A stretch of 59,355 nt of DNA from a virus (taxonomy: Duplodnaviria; Caudoviricetes). Positions 32,017 to 43,216 of the stretch are shown here, piece after piece (position 1 is the first letter of the stretch; every line of letters starts with the position of its first letter). The stretch is from IMG/VR virus record IMGVR_UViG_3300032247_001105, positions 1 through 59,355 of that record; one strand, 5' to 3'. Both the position numbers and the translations under genes were made by a program. The notes below the pieces were generated by a model. The model saw nothing but the letters and a program-made list of their open reading frames with translations, was not told where the DNA came from and ran no database searches.

Positions 32017-32807
32017 ATTTTAGTGTTTTTTATACTTGTTATACAGAAATAGATGCTGTTGAATATTCAATTAATACTTTAAAAAGTATATATCCAGATT
32101 GTCCTATTTATCTAGTGTCAGATGGCGGAAGTGATTATTCTTTTTTAGAAAATAAATATTCGCACATCAAGACTAATTTAGAATTTGATTCTAGAGGATT
32201 TATTCCTCAGATAGATGATGATTTTAAAAATCCAGATCAACAATTTTTGATCAAACAATCGATATTAACTTTTTTAGATAGAACTAAAAGAGCAATTGAA
32301 TATGGTCAAAAAGATTATTTATTGATTATGGAACCGGATGTACTGGTGAGAGGCAAACTATCAAATCCGAATAATAATTATTTATTAGGTACGCGTATCA
32401 ATAGTGGACTATCAGATGAATTAAAACAAATTCTAAAACTATATCCTCAAGGTATAACTATTGATAACTGGGGAGCAACACCAGCAATTTTTAATAGTCA
32501 AATATTTTTGAAAGCATATGATAATTTCTTAAAATATCCAAAATTATTAGATCAACTATGCTTATCCGATAAAAGATTATCAAACTATGATATAGTATTC
32601 CCAGTCTTATTTGCTACTATTGGCATAGTCGAATCATTTAATCCTGAAGTTGTAGAATGTTACAGAAATCCTCAGTGGCAAACTAGTGGTCATCCTTTGG
32701 TTCATCAATTTAGAGCAAAATACAAATCTTCATCACAAGGATATACCGGAAGACATAGCGACAATGAATATGGGAGCAATTGGTTATGGAACAATCCAGC
32801 ACAGTAA
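32013..32807 (+). CDS. putative GT-A glycosyltransferase
   Basis: LVSDGG and IMEPDV motifs; glycan-island context. Confidence 0.6.
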   Translation: MNFSVFYTCYTEIDAVEYSINTLKSIYPDCPIYLVSDGGSDYSFLENKYSHIKTNLEFDSRGFIPQIDDDFKNPDQQFLIKQSILTFLDRTKRAIEYGQKDYLLIMEPDVLVRGKLSNPNNNYLLGTRINSGLSDELKQILKLYPQGITIDNWGATPAIFNSQIFLKAYDNFLKYPKLLDQLCLSDKRLSNYDIVFPVLFATIGIVESFNPEVVECYRNPQWQTSGHPLVHQFRAKYKSSSQGYTGRHSDNEYGSNWLWNNPAQ

Positions 32808-33583
32808 TAACTGCATTATTCGATATAGGTAGAGATAAAAATGGTGATGGAAGAACTATCGACCAATATTTAGACTGGTTTGATAAAACATTAAGATTGA
32901 ATGTTCCATTTATTATTTATACAGAAGATAGATTCAAGGAGTTTATCTTACAACGCAGAGATATATCTAATACTTCTATAATTATTCAAAAACTAGAAGA
33001 TATTCCATACTATCAATATAAAAATCAAATCGAAAATATTTTAAAATCACCTAGTTATCGTCAATTAATAAAAGACCCATCTAGAATAGAATGTAATTTA
33101 TCATTATATAATATAATCCAGTATTCTAAGTTTGAGTGGTTGGTTGATGCAATTGATAAGCATAATCAATATGACTATTATTTTTGGATGGATGCTGGAT
33201 GTAGTAGATTTTTTGATAATATTGATACCTCTATTAGTTGGCCACAAAATTATTCCATCTTAAAACAAGATAGACTGAATATACAAGGAAATATCAATAC
33301 TGTAAAGTATTATCAATCATGGCCTGGGGATAATGTTTATATTTGGGATAATAATTGTTTATTAGTTGGAACATTATTTGGTGGCTCATCAATAGTGTGC
33401 AAAAATATTGCCACAAAGATCAAGTCATTGTTTGAATTTTATTTAAATCAAGATATTGTTAATAATGAACAGATACTATTAGCAATATTATTTAAAAATA
33501 ATCCAGAGTTATTCTCTATCCATATAGAACTTAATAATAAACATTTACCATACTTTAAAACATTAGCTACAAATTATGAATGA
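32786..33583 (+). CDS. HtrL/YibB (WlaTC)-family glycosyltransferase-like protein
   Basis: TVITALFDIGR, YNIIQYSKF, FWMDAG, GTLFGG and NNEQ. Confidence 0.8.
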   Translation: MEQSSTVITALFDIGRDKNGDGRTIDQYLDWFDKTLRLNVPFIIYTEDRFKEFILQRRDISNTSIIIQKLEDIPYYQYKNQIENILKSPSYRQLIKDPSRIECNLSLYNIIQYSKFEWLVDAIDKHNQYDYYFWMDAGCSRFFDNIDTSISWPQNYSILKQDRLNIQGNINTVKYYQSWPGDNVYIWDNNCLLVGTLFGGSSIVCKNIATKIKSLFEFYLNQDIVNNEQILLAILFKNNPELFSIHIELNNKHLPYFKTLATNYE

Positions 33584-34400
33584 TTTAACAAATAAAATTA
33601 AAGATTTTTGGAATAATAGGCCATGTAATATTAGACATTCTCAAAAAGAAATTGGCTCCAAGGAATATTTTGAAGAAGTTGATGCAAAAAGATATTATGT
33701 TGAACCACATATTTTAAGATTTGCAGATTTCAATAATTGGAAAAATAAAAAAGTATTGGAATTAGGTTGTGGGATAGGAACAGATTCAATAAGATTTGCT
33801 AAAGCAGGAGCATTAATAACAGTATGTGATATTTCAGAAAAATCTATGGAAATAACAAAACAAAGATTCAAAGAATATAATTTAAATGCTAATTTTTATA
33901 TTTGTAATTTAGAAGAACTAACAAATTATATTCCAATAGAAAAATATGATTTAATATATTCCTTTGGTGTGATTCATCACGCTTCTGATCCTCAAAAAAT
34001 TATAGATCAAATTAAATATTATTGTGATACTAATACATTAATTAAAATTATGTTATATAGTAAAATATGTTGGAAATCTATATCATTTTATATTATTCAT
34101 GGATATAAATTTTATTTTAATTTTAATAAAACAATTCAATACTTTGCAGAAGCACAGATTAATTGTCCTGTTGCTTTCACTTACACAAAAAGCCAAATTA
34201 AACAACTTTTTAATAAATATAAAATTATATCTATTGCGAAAGATCATATCTTTACATATAAAATATCTGACTATATTCGTGGTAAATATAATAAAATACT
34301 ATTATTTAAATTTATGCCTAATATAATATTTAATATACTAAAAAAATATTTAGGCTGGCACTATTTAATAGAATTAAAAATTAAAGACGATGTTTGCTAA
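33576..34400 (+). CDS. class I SAM-dependent methyltransferase
   Basis: VLELGCGIG and YDLIYSFGVIHH. Confidence 0.9.
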   Translation: MNDLTNKIKDFWNNRPCNIRHSQKEIGSKEYFEEVDAKRYYVEPHILRFADFNNWKNKKVLELGCGIGTDSIRFAKAGALITVCDISEKSMEITKQRFKEYNLNANFYICNLEELTNYIPIEKYDLIYSFGVIHHASDPQKIIDQIKYYCDTNTLIKIMLYSKICWKSISFYIIHGYKFYFNFNKTIQYFAEAQINCPVAFTYTKSQIKQLFNKYKIISIAKDHIFTYKISDYIRGKYNKILLFKFMPNIIFNILKKYLGWHYLIELKIKDDVC

Positions 34401-35148
34401 TTATAAAATTATTAAAACACTGAAAGGATTCTCCGGAAGTACTGTACTATTAATGGAGAATGATAGACAACATAAATTAATTCGTAAAATCAATAATATA
34501 GATAGGAATTACGAGAGACTCAAGAGTTTATCTGCTTGTGGATTCAAAGTACCAACTATCTATTATAAAGACAATAATATTCTTGATATGGAATATGTTG
34601 ATGGATTAGATATTAAAACATATATAAAAGTGAATGGTATTGAACATTTATCTGATTTTCTTATCGGTATAATTGAAAAGATGGCTAGCCAATCGGTTGC
34701 AAAAGATTATACTAAAATTTATTATCAAAAACTGTCTGTAGTAAATTTTGAAAATCTACCGTTTACTAAAAATGAATTACTATTAAAACTACCCAATATC
34801 TTACCCCAATCAATCTATCATGGGGACATGACTTTAGAAAATCTTATTTATGCAAAAAATAATCAATTTTATTTAATAGATGCTGTAACTATAGAATATG
34901 ATTCTTGGGTCTTTGATATTGCCAAGATGAGACAAGACTTGCATTGTGGTTGGTTTATCAGAGATAATCAAGATCATCATCTAATGACATATGCGAATAT
35001 GCTACAAGACAGACTGCTAACACGTTTTAAAATTGCCAATAACAATTATTTACTTATATTAATGTTATTACGAGTATTTAAACACGCCAAAAAAGATTCA
35101 TCAGAATACAATTTTCTTCTTAATGAAATTAAAAAATTATGGAAATAA
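34390..35148 (+). CDS. APH/choline-kinase-like phosphotransferase
   Basis: LKGFSGS, YHGDMTLENLI, YLID and DIAKMRQD. Confidence 0.8.
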   Translation: MFANYKIIKTLKGFSGSTVLLMENDRQHKLIRKINNIDRNYERLKSLSACGFKVPTIYYKDNNILDMEYVDGLDIKTYIKVNGIEHLSDFLIGIIEKMASQSVAKDYTKIYYQKLSVVNFENLPFTKNELLLKLPNILPQSIYHGDMTLENLIYAKNNQFYLIDAVTIEYDSWVFDIAKMRQDLHCGWFIRDNQDHHLMTYANMLQDRLLTRFKIANNNYLLILMLLRVFKHAKKDSSEYNFLLNEIKKLWK

Positions 35149-36161
35149 TTATCCCCGCCGCTGGTTTATCGTCTAGATTTCCTAATATGAGACCAAAATA
35201 TACTTTAGTCGATTATTCTGGACAAATGATGCTCAAAAGAGCGGTTAATCCATTCGTTGGTAAATATAATATAACTATAGGAATATTACAAACTCATAAT
35301 GAAAAATATGATATATCAAGTCTACTCAAATATCATTTTAAACAAGATATTAACATCGTGGTTCTTGAGCAAGAAACAACAGGCCCAGCAGATACTGTCA
35401 AACAAATTATAGATAAAGCTAATTTATCTTTAGACTCTGAAATTTTTATTAAGGATTGTGATAGTTTTTTTGATCATTCTTATCTTGAAGGTAATTATAT
35501 TTGTATTTCAAAATTATCTAGTAATAAAATAATTAGAAATCCTGGATCTAAAAGTTATATCATATCAAACGATCAAGGTATCATACAGAACATAATTGAA
35601 AAAAGCATTGTTTCAGATAAGTTTTGCGTTGGCGGATATAAATTTGAAAACTCAAGAATGTTTATTGATGCTTTTGACAGAATTAATAAAAATAATAAAG
35701 AAATTTATGTATCAGATATTATACAATATTGTTTAAGCAATAATCGTACTTTTCTTGAAAATATTGTTACAGACTATACAGATGTTGGCACAGCAGAAGA
35801 TTGGTTTACTTACAATGATAAGGCGGTTATTTTTTGTGATATAGATGGCACCCTGATTCAAGCACAGTCTAAACATCATTACCATCAACCCGCTATACCA
35901 TTACCAGAAAATGTTACAAAATTACAGCAATTACTGTCTGATGGTAATCAAATCATTTTTGTAACAGCCAGACCTCAATCTGCTGAGGAATATACCAGAA
36001 AAATGTTACATGATTTAGGTTTTGATAATTGTCAATTAATTATGAATTTATTAAATTGTAAAAGAATATTAATTAACGATTATAATACAGCTAATCCATA
36101 CCCAAGAGCGATAGGCATAAATTTACAAAGAAATAGCGATATATTAAAGGAGCTTATATGA
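35139..36161 (+). CDS. nucleotidyltransferase + HAD phosphatase fusion
   Basis: IIPAAGLSSRF...PK N-terminal domain; FCDIDGTL and FVTAR HAD domain. Confidence 0.85.
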   Translation: MEIIIPAAGLSSRFPNMRPKYTLVDYSGQMMLKRAVNPFVGKYNITIGILQTHNEKYDISSLLKYHFKQDINIVVLEQETTGPADTVKQIIDKANLSLDSEIFIKDCDSFFDHSYLEGNYICISKLSSNKIIRNPGSKSYIISNDQGIIQNIIEKSIVSDKFCVGGYKFENSRMFIDAFDRINKNNKEIYVSDIIQYCLSNNRTFLENIVTDYTDVGTAEDWFTYNDKAVIFCDIDGTLIQAQSKHHYHQPAIPLPENVTKLQQLLSDGNQIIFVTARPQSAEEYTRKMLHDLGFDNCQLIMNLLNCKRILINDYNTANPYPRAIGINLQRNSDILKELI

Positions 36162-36772
36162 AAACTGCACAAGATATTAGTAATTTTTTAAATAGTGAAT
36201 TGTATAATAAACCAACTGAATTATGCGAAATGATGAAATCAGATAAGAGTATTACTTTTAATTGGCATAATTATACTCCAATATATCATTTTTTATTTAA
36301 TGAGATTAGAAATGAACCAATTAATATCTTTGAAGTGGGTATTTATCATGGATATTCTCATTATGGATGGAGAGATTATTTTCCAAACGGAAAAATTTAT
36401 GGTGGAGATATTCGTGTAGAAACATTAATTAATGAAGATAGAATAAGTTCTTTTTATTGTGATCAAAGAAATCCCACAGTATTATCAGAAATGTGGAACA
36501 ATGATAAATTAAAAGACATAATGTTTGATATTATTATCGATGATGGAGACCATTCTTTTTATTCTAATTATACTTTTTTAGTTAACTCTATTCATAAATT
36601 AAAAGCCGGTGGAATGTTTGTAATAGAAGACTTGCTTAATCATGATGTTGAAAAATTTCTACCAATCCTTGATAATATTAAAAAAGACTTTAATTTACAA
36701 CATATAGAATTAATCAGACTCCCTTTTGCACCAAATCAAATAGATAATAATATTATTGTAATTATCAAATGA
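36158..36772 (+). CDS. SAM-dependent O-methyltransferase (sugar-type)
   Basis: HNYT..Y, IFEVGI, FDIIIDDGDH and GGMFVIED. Confidence 0.8.
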   Translation: MKTAQDISNFLNSELYNKPTELCEMMKSDKSITFNWHNYTPIYHFLFNEIRNEPINIFEVGIYHGYSHYGWRDYFPNGKIYGGDIRVETLINEDRISSFYCDQRNPTVLSEMWNNDKLKDIMFDIIIDDGDHSFYSNYTFLVNSIHKLKAGGMFVIEDLLNHDVEKFLPILDNIKKDFNLQHIELIRLPFAPNQIDNNIIVIIK

Positions 36773-37641
36773 ATAATATTTATCTTTTAACTTTTTATAC
36801 AGAAGGTGGTGCAACAGACAGAGGGTATGAATTAAAAAACATAACATCTGTTGTAAAAGAAAAACTATCCTCATATTTTACTGATATATTTACTTTTAAT
36901 AAACAACAATTAAAAGAATTACCAAATAGTCAAGATGTCTGTAATGAATATGAAGAAGCACTGGATATGAATCCAAATGCTAATTATATTGGCTATTTTG
37001 ATTTTAAAGGTTTCTTAATTAGTCATATTCTAAAACAGATTCCTGAGAATTCTATTTTAGTTTATCATGATAGTAATTTTGAAAAGAATGCACAATATTG
37101 GGAATCTGATTGGGTGAATATGAATCAATTATGTGAAATGGTTTTAGAAAAAAATGACAGTGATATTTTTTGTCAATTTGAGAGAGAAAATGTGTTAGTT
37201 AAAGAATATGTAAAAACACACACAATTGATACTATTATAACAGATCCCACAGAAAATAGTTTAATAAAAAATTGTTATCTAATTAATGCTGCACGAATTA
37301 TATTAAGAAATACTCCGTTCAGCCGTCAGTTTATCAAGGAGTATGGAGATCTATGTTCCGATAAAACCTTGCTCTCAAAGCATCCTAATGCTAATCCAGA
37401 CCCATCATTTAAATGGTCATGCGGCGATCAAGATGTTTTAAACTGTCTAATCTATAAGTACATTTTGGATGGCAAACTCAAACCGAATTTTCCTATATTT
37501 ACATTTCTATATAGGATATTACGTTTTGAAAATAGACCATTTAATTGGATTGGTCAAAATTGGAATCCTCATCCAACAGGAGCAAGTATTCTTACAAATA
37601 TAGAATTAATAAATTATTTGAAAAGGAAATTTTCATGTTGA
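36769..37641 (+). CDS. putative glycosyltransferase
   Basis: LVYHDS and DQDVL motifs; island context. Confidence 0.55.
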   Translation: MNNIYLLTFYTEGGATDRGYELKNITSVVKEKLSSYFTDIFTFNKQQLKELPNSQDVCNEYEEALDMNPNANYIGYFDFKGFLISHILKQIPENSILVYHDSNFEKNAQYWESDWVNMNQLCEMVLEKNDSDIFCQFERENVLVKEYVKTHTIDTIITDPTENSLIKNCYLINAARIILRNTPFSRQFIKEYGDLCSDKTLLSKHPNANPDPSFKWSCGDQDVLNCLIYKYILDGKLKPNFPIFTFLYRILRFENRPFNWIGQNWNPHPTGASILTNIELINYLKRKFSC

Positions 37642-38666
37642 TAGAAAAAAATGATTTTGTTTTTCCACAAACCAATACAGAAATGATAGACATTACGAAT
37701 CAATTAAATTTACACAAACTTTATATTTATAATGTTCAAACACAAGCAAAATCTTGGTTGGATTGTGATTTGAGTTTTGATCCTGTATCAAAAAATATTA
37801 GATTTATTTCTTCATATTTTTGCGAAGGTATTAAACAGGCATTGATGCCTCGCATTTCTGCTCATTGTAGATTGGGTGAATACGATTGGTGGAGATTAAA
37901 AACTTCAGAGAGTTGGTTTCCATGGTTATGGACAAGATATTTTACTAATAATAATACAAATGAACAATCTTGGACTAATCTTTTTAAAGATATAAAAGAT
38001 ATCATTGATTTGGAAAATTTACAACAAGCAGAAGGATATTTATCTGAATTTTATCTTTATTTATCTTGCTTAAATCATACTTTTAGACTTAATGAACAAT
38101 TTCAGAATCATTTAAATTCAACAATATTAAATTATACATGGCCGTCAACACCAGTTTGTGGTTTACAAATTAGAAGAGGAGAAATGGTTTCACCAGACGG
38201 AAATATAAAACAATCATGGACAGAAAGACCAATTTTTACTATCGACGACTATATCAAAGGTCTAGACATAGTCTGCGAAAAACTAGGGACTAATAATGTT
38301 TTTATTTCTACAGATTCTCTAGAGACAATAGACTATTTAAATAATAATTATTCTCAATATAATTTTATCTCTAATTTATATGATAGAAATTTATTTATTA
38401 GATATGATGGAGATGCTTCCACAGTGCATTTGTCAATTGATTTACAATCTAAACAACATTTGATACAGCATTACACTGAATCATGTATAGCAGATTTAAT
38501 ATGTTTATCTAGATGTCAAGGGTATGTTGGAGGAATGAAATATTCTGAATTTGGAGTTACAGGTTGGTTTTTACAAATGATCAAACAGAAACAGATTACT
38601 CCTTATTATAATGTTGAAGGCGATTTTAATTTACAAGATAAACCTGTGGGATTATTTTTACTATGA
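37635..38666 (+). CDS. fucosyltransferase-like protein (GT23/NodZ/FUT8-like)
   Basis: GLQIRRGE, VFISTDS and IADLICLSRC...VG...SEF. Confidence 0.7.
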   Translation: MLIEKNDFVFPQTNTEMIDITNQLNLHKLYIYNVQTQAKSWLDCDLSFDPVSKNIRFISSYFCEGIKQALMPRISAHCRLGEYDWWRLKTSESWFPWLWTRYFTNNNTNEQSWTNLFKDIKDIIDLENLQQAEGYLSEFYLYLSCLNHTFRLNEQFQNHLNSTILNYTWPSTPVCGLQIRRGEMVSPDGNIKQSWTERPIFTIDDYIKGLDIVCEKLGTNNVFISTDSLETIDYLNNNYSQYNFISNLYDRNLFIRYDGDASTVHLSIDLQSKQHLIQHYTESCIADLICLSRCQGYVGGMKYSEFGVTGWFLQMIKQKQITPYYNVEGDFNLQDKPVGLFLL

Positions 38667-39391
38667 AAACAGCTGTTTGTTTATATGGTCAACCGAGAAA
38701 TTTTCATAATAATTGGCCATATCTTAAAAATCATGTGATAGATAATAATGGTGCGGATATATTCTTTCACTCTTGGTTTAATGAAAATGATTTGGTGGTG
38801 AGTGGTTCTACAATGGCTGGTAAATTTTTACATCCTAATCTAAGAGCTGATTTACCCAATATTATTAATCCAAAAAGTTTTATTATTGAATCTCAAAAAC
38901 CATTCCATGAAAAAATGATTACATTAACTGATAATCAAATAGATGCTTGTTGGCCTAATTTATATGGAAATCCAGATAAAACAGCATTTATTAAGAATAT
39001 GACTAAAACACAATATAGTATGATGTATAGCATCCACCAATCTGTGATGCTCAAAGAATTATATGCTCAAAAAAATCAATTTGAATATGATTGTGTGATT
39101 ATTTCAAGATTTGATACTTCTCCCAAATTACAAATCAATCTATCAGATATTAATCTAAATAATATAACAACTTGCTATGGACCATTACCAAGAGGAGAGA
39201 TTAATGATTGGTTTATTATCTGTAATAATAAACATAGTAATATACTAGGTAGTTTATTCTTTTTACTAGACTATCATAGAGATAATATTATTGCTAATAA
39301 TAGCATGTGGACTCCAGAAGCATACATTAGAGAACAGGTTAAATTATTTAATATTAATATAGATTTTAAAAATTATAATATTACTTTCTAA
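38663..39391 (+). CDS. putative glycosyltransferase (A.C.YGQPR family)
   Basis: MKTAVCLYGQPR, DIFFHSW, YDCVIISRFD and NDWF. Confidence 0.65.
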   Translation: MKTAVCLYGQPRNFHNNWPYLKNHVIDNNGADIFFHSWFNENDLVVSGSTMAGKFLHPNLRADLPNIINPKSFIIESQKPFHEKMITLTDNQIDACWPNLYGNPDKTAFIKNMTKTQYSMMYSIHQSVMLKELYAQKNQFEYDCVIISRFDTSPKLQINLSDINLNNITTCYGPLPRGEINDWFIICNNKHSNILGSLFFLLDYHRDNIIANNSMWTPEAYIREQVKLFNINIDFKNYNITF

Positions 39392-40254
39392 TGAAAATTG
39401 CATTCTCCTTATCTGGACAACCATATTCAACATCAGAATGTTTATCTACATTCATAGATAATATATATTCATCAACACTCTGTGATGTTTTTTGTCATTT
39501 TTGGTATGATGAGTCTTATCTAAATAGATGTTATAAAATGCACTATAATATGAAATTGCAACAAAATAATATATCACAAAAATTTCAAAGCATATTTACT
39601 ACTTTTGAAAAAAATCATAGTTATGATTTATCTTTTACAGAAAGATTTGATACTAACACATGGCAAAATATGTCATTAAATTATCATAGAATGATGACTC
39701 CTATTTTTTTGTATGGATATCTATCTCAAACAGAATCTATTAATAAGTCATGTTATAATATTTCAAATGATTATAATATAATAATTAAAAGTAGACCAGA
39801 TCTTATTTATACTAAAAATATTGGTCAAATTATCTCACAGTTAGATTTTACTGAAGATACTATCTATTTTCAAGATTCTATGCAGGGAGGTCATTTGTAT
39901 GCTGGTGAATTTAGTCATAATATTTGTGATTGGTTTTATGTTGGTCGTAGTGATATAATTAAACGCTTTACATTTCAATTACATAATCAAGTATCTCATA
40001 AGTTTAAAAATGGTATCAAACATATGAGAGATTACAATCATCAGTTGTGTGAGGAAAATAATATCAAAGTTCAGTTAGTGGATTTCGGCGCTCTTATACA
40101 CAAACAGACTCCACTTTTTGACACTAAATACAAAAATGATATTAGTCTTTATTTGAATGATTTTGATTTTGATAAGAGTTATCCAAGAACACCAGAACTT
40201 TGGCCGTACTGGATAGAATATGTGGATTTTGTTCACTTTAAAAATCTTACATAA
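39391..40254 (+). CDS. putative glycosyltransferase, paralogue of previous gene
   Basis: MKIAFSLSGQP, DVFCHFW, IIKSRPD and CDWF. Confidence 0.65.
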   Translation: MKIAFSLSGQPYSTSECLSTFIDNIYSSTLCDVFCHFWYDESYLNRCYKMHYNMKLQQNNISQKFQSIFTTFEKNHSYDLSFTERFDTNTWQNMSLNYHRMMTPIFLYGYLSQTESINKSCYNISNDYNIIIKSRPDLIYTKNIGQIISQLDFTEDTIYFQDSMQGGHLYAGEFSHNICDWFYVGRSDIIKRFTFQLHNQVSHKFKNGIKHMRDYNHQLCEENNIKVQLVDFGALIHKQTPLFDTKYKNDISLYLNDFDFDKSYPRTPELWPYWIEYVDFVHFKNLT

Positions 40255-40327
40255 TAGCTAGTTGGTGGTATGAAATTTTCCATCCTCAACTATTATACTT
40301 TAGAGTTCAATATAAAAAGGGAGAATC

Positions 40328-41581
40328 ATGTCTTATAATATAGGTTTCGTCGGTCTTGGTAAATTAGGTCTGCCAGTTGCTCTTGCAATAGAGTCTAAGG
40401 GCCATAATGTTTGCGGATATGATATTAATCCAGCAGTTAAGACATATATTGATAACAAATCTATCCCTTACAAAGAACTTTATGTAGATGAACTATTACC
40501 ACAATCTCAAATTAAATTTACTGAAATAGATGATGTGGTCCAACAAAGCGATATCATATTCGTGCCTGTGCAAACTCCTCATGATCCTCTTTATGAAGGA
40601 TGTACTCCGCTACCAGCTACTCGCGTAGATTTTAACTATGATGCTCTGGTCAGTGCTATAAAAAATCTTTCAGAGTCTGTTGATAGAAATGGTCAAGAAA
40701 AAATAGTTGTTATAATATCAACAGTTCTTCCGGGAACTATTGAAAAATATATCAAACCAGTTTTATCAAATAAGATTAAATTATGTTATAATCCATTCTT
40801 TATTGCTATGGGAACAACTATTAAAGATTTTCTTAATCCAGAGTTTGTATTGTTTGGAGTAGACGATCCTGACGCTGCAAATTATGTTGAGGGTTTTTAT
40901 TCAACACTACATTCTAAAAAAGTTTTCAGAACAACTATTAAAAATGCTGAATTAATTAAAGTGGCATACAATACATTTATTGGTATGAAAATAGTTTATG
41001 CTAATACTATTATGGAGATTTGTCATAAAATAGGTGCAGACTGTGATGCTGTTATTGATGCTATTAGTTTAGCAGATGAGCGGCTGATTTCTCCCAAGTA
41101 TCTGCGTGGTGGCATGGGTGATGGTGGTGGTTGTCATCCAAGAGATAATATTGCTATGTCATGGTTAGCAAAAATGTTAAATTTAAGTCATGACTATTTT
41201 GAAGATTTGATGCTTGCAAGAGAACATCAAACAGAATGGCTGGCCTTCCTATGCTCTGAACCACAACGACCAATTTATATTCTCGGTAAGTCATTTAAGC
41301 CAGAGACTAATATTCAAACTGGTAGTCCCTCTATTCTTTTATTCAATATATTATATAGTCGTGGATTTAATGTTGATATTTTTGATCCACATATAGATGG
41401 ATTAGAAAAATTCAATGAAAAATTTAATAAAATAGACGGTAATTCTGTTATATTTTTAGGTACTATGCACGAACACTTCAAAGAATTAAAATATCCACAT
41501 GGAAGCATTGTTATTGATCCATTTAGATACCTTTCACATCAAGACAATATTCAACTAATACAAATAGGTGGAAAAAAATGA
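40328..41581 (+). CDS. UDP-glucose/GDP-mannose dehydrogenase family
   Basis: GFVGLGKLG, ISTVLPGT, AELIKVAYN, GGGCHPRD and GKSFKPET. Confidence 0.93.
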   Translation: MSYNIGFVGLGKLGLPVALAIESKGHNVCGYDINPAVKTYIDNKSIPYKELYVDELLPQSQIKFTEIDDVVQQSDIIFVPVQTPHDPLYEGCTPLPATRVDFNYDALVSAIKNLSESVDRNGQEKIVVIISTVLPGTIEKYIKPVLSNKIKLCYNPFFIAMGTTIKDFLNPEFVLFGVDDPDAANYVEGFYSTLHSKKVFRTTIKNAELIKVAYNTFIGMKIVYANTIMEICHKIGADCDAVIDAISLADERLISPKYLRGGMGDGGGCHPRDNIAMSWLAKMLNLSHDYFEDLMLAREHQTEWLAFLCSEPQRPIYILGKSFKPETNIQTGSPSILLFNILYSRGFNVDIFDPHIDGLEKFNEKFNKIDGNSVIFLGTMHEHFKELKYPHGSIVIDPFRYLSHQDNIQLIQIGGKK

Positions 41582-42549
41582 AAATATGCCTAATTGGTCC
41601 AGGTATTATGACTATACCCCCAGATAATTGGGGTGCTGTAGAAAGTCTAATTTGGGATTATTATCAATATCTTAATAAGATAGGTATTGAGACAGATATA
41701 ATTAATAATCCTAATCTAGTGCAGGTTGCTGATCAAGTTAATAATACAGACTATGATTTTATACATCTTCATTATGATGATCATGCAGAAACTTTGAGTA
41801 GTCTAATTAAAAAACCTTTTACTACAACAACTCACTATGGATATGTTAAAGAACATTATCCTAATTATGGTGGTTGGGGTTATATTTTTAATGGTGTACT
41901 AAAAAGTCCATCAATGATAGCATTGTCAAATGAAATTGCACAAGTATTCAAAAATGCAGGCTATAATAAATCTATTAAAGTTTTAAGGAATGGAGCAAGA
42001 ACATCGGAATTCACTTTTAATACCAATCCTTCCAAATTTGGAATCTGTCTTGGTAAAATCGAACCACGCAAAAGACAAAGAGATTTAGCAAATGTTTGTG
42101 GTGATATGTGCAATATAGATTTCTTCGGTCCTGTTATAGATCCAACATTTAGGAATAATGGCAATTGTATTTATAGAGGTATATGGTCTAAAAAAGATCT
42201 CTATGAAAATTTAAGCGATTACAAATGTTTAGTATTATTAAGCGATGGTGAAGCTGCACCATTAGTTGTTCCAGAAGCATTATCAGCAGGATTAAGCTTA
42301 GTTATTTCTGAAACAGCAGCAGCAAATTTGGACCTTAGCTTACCATTTATTCATGTAGTGCCAAATGGTAAATTTGATCATGATCTTATTCCAATTATTA
42401 ATTATGCTATTGGCAATAATTTCAAGTATAGAAATGAAATTAGAGAATATGCTTCTAATTATTTTGATTGGACAGTGATCTGCAAGGATTATACTAAAAT
42501 TATAGAAGAGTTAATAAATGAGAATAGCATTTCTAACAATAGCAACTAA
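41578..42549 (+). CDS. GT4 glycosyltransferase
   Basis: IPPDNWGAVE, LGKIEPRKRQ and EAAPLVVPEALSAG. Confidence 0.85.
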   Translation: MKICLIGPGIMTIPPDNWGAVESLIWDYYQYLNKIGIETDIINNPNLVQVADQVNNTDYDFIHLHYDDHAETLSSLIKKPFTTTTHYGYVKEHYPNYGGWGYIFNGVLKSPSMIALSNEIAQVFKNAGYNKSIKVLRNGARTSEFTFNTNPSKFGICLGKIEPRKRQRDLANVCGDMCNIDFFGPVIDPTFRNNGNCIYRGIWSKKDLYENLSDYKCLVLLSDGEAAPLVVPEALSAGLSLVISETAAANLDLSLPFIHVVPNGKFDHDLIPIINYAIGNNFKYRNEIREYASNYFDWTVICKDYTKIIEELINENSISNNSN

Positions 42550-43216
42550 TAAATACACACATTTTGCTCAAGATTTATATAACAGCATCAATATTTATAG
42601 AAATAACTATCCTATAGACTTGATTTGTTTTACTAATAAAACAGACTTATTTAATCAGTCTGGATCTACTAAATTACAGACTATAGAAACCACCCATGTT
42701 CCATTCCCAATGATTTCTTTGTTAAGATATCATTATTATGCATCACAAGAAAAATTATTATCTTGGTATGACTATATATATCATATAGATTGTGATATGT
42801 TGTTAAAAGACGATCTATCAGATGAATTTTTAGATGAAAGAGTGTGTGTTATTCATCCAGGATATACTAGTCCACAATATCCAGTTGAACAATTTCCATA
42901 TGACAGAAATCAAAATAGTGAAGCATTTATTCCATATGGATATGGTAAAAAATATTATCAAAATTGTTTTCAAGGTGGATCATCAAAACAATTCTTAACC
43001 ATGTGTAAAACATTACAAGTACGAATAGAACAAGACTTGAGAAATAACTATGTTGCTCTTTGGCATGATGAGAGTTATATGAATAGATACATGATTGAAA
43101 ATGCGCCAACAAAAGAATTACCACCAACATATGCTCAACCTGAAAATTGGCCCACTTTTGGATCAACTAAAATTTTACATAGAGATAAAAATCACACAGA
43201 AATAAGAAGTATATGA
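42518..43216 (+). CDS. GT6 family glycosyltransferase (ABO/alpha-1,3-Gal(NAc) transferase-like)
   Basis: IATNKY, HIDCDM, HPG, YYQNCFQGG and ALWHDESYMNRY. Confidence 0.9.
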   Translation: MRIAFLTIATNKYTHFAQDLYNSINIYRNNYPIDLICFTNKTDLFNQSGSTKLQTIETTHVPFPMISLLRYHYYASQEKLLSWYDYIYHIDCDMLLKDDLSDEFLDERVCVIHPGYTSPQYPVEQFPYDRNQNSEAFIPYGYGKKYYQNCFQGGSSKQFLTMCKTLQVRIEQDLRNNYVALWHDESYMNRYMIENAPTKELPPTYAQPENWPTFGSTKILHRDKNHTEIRSI

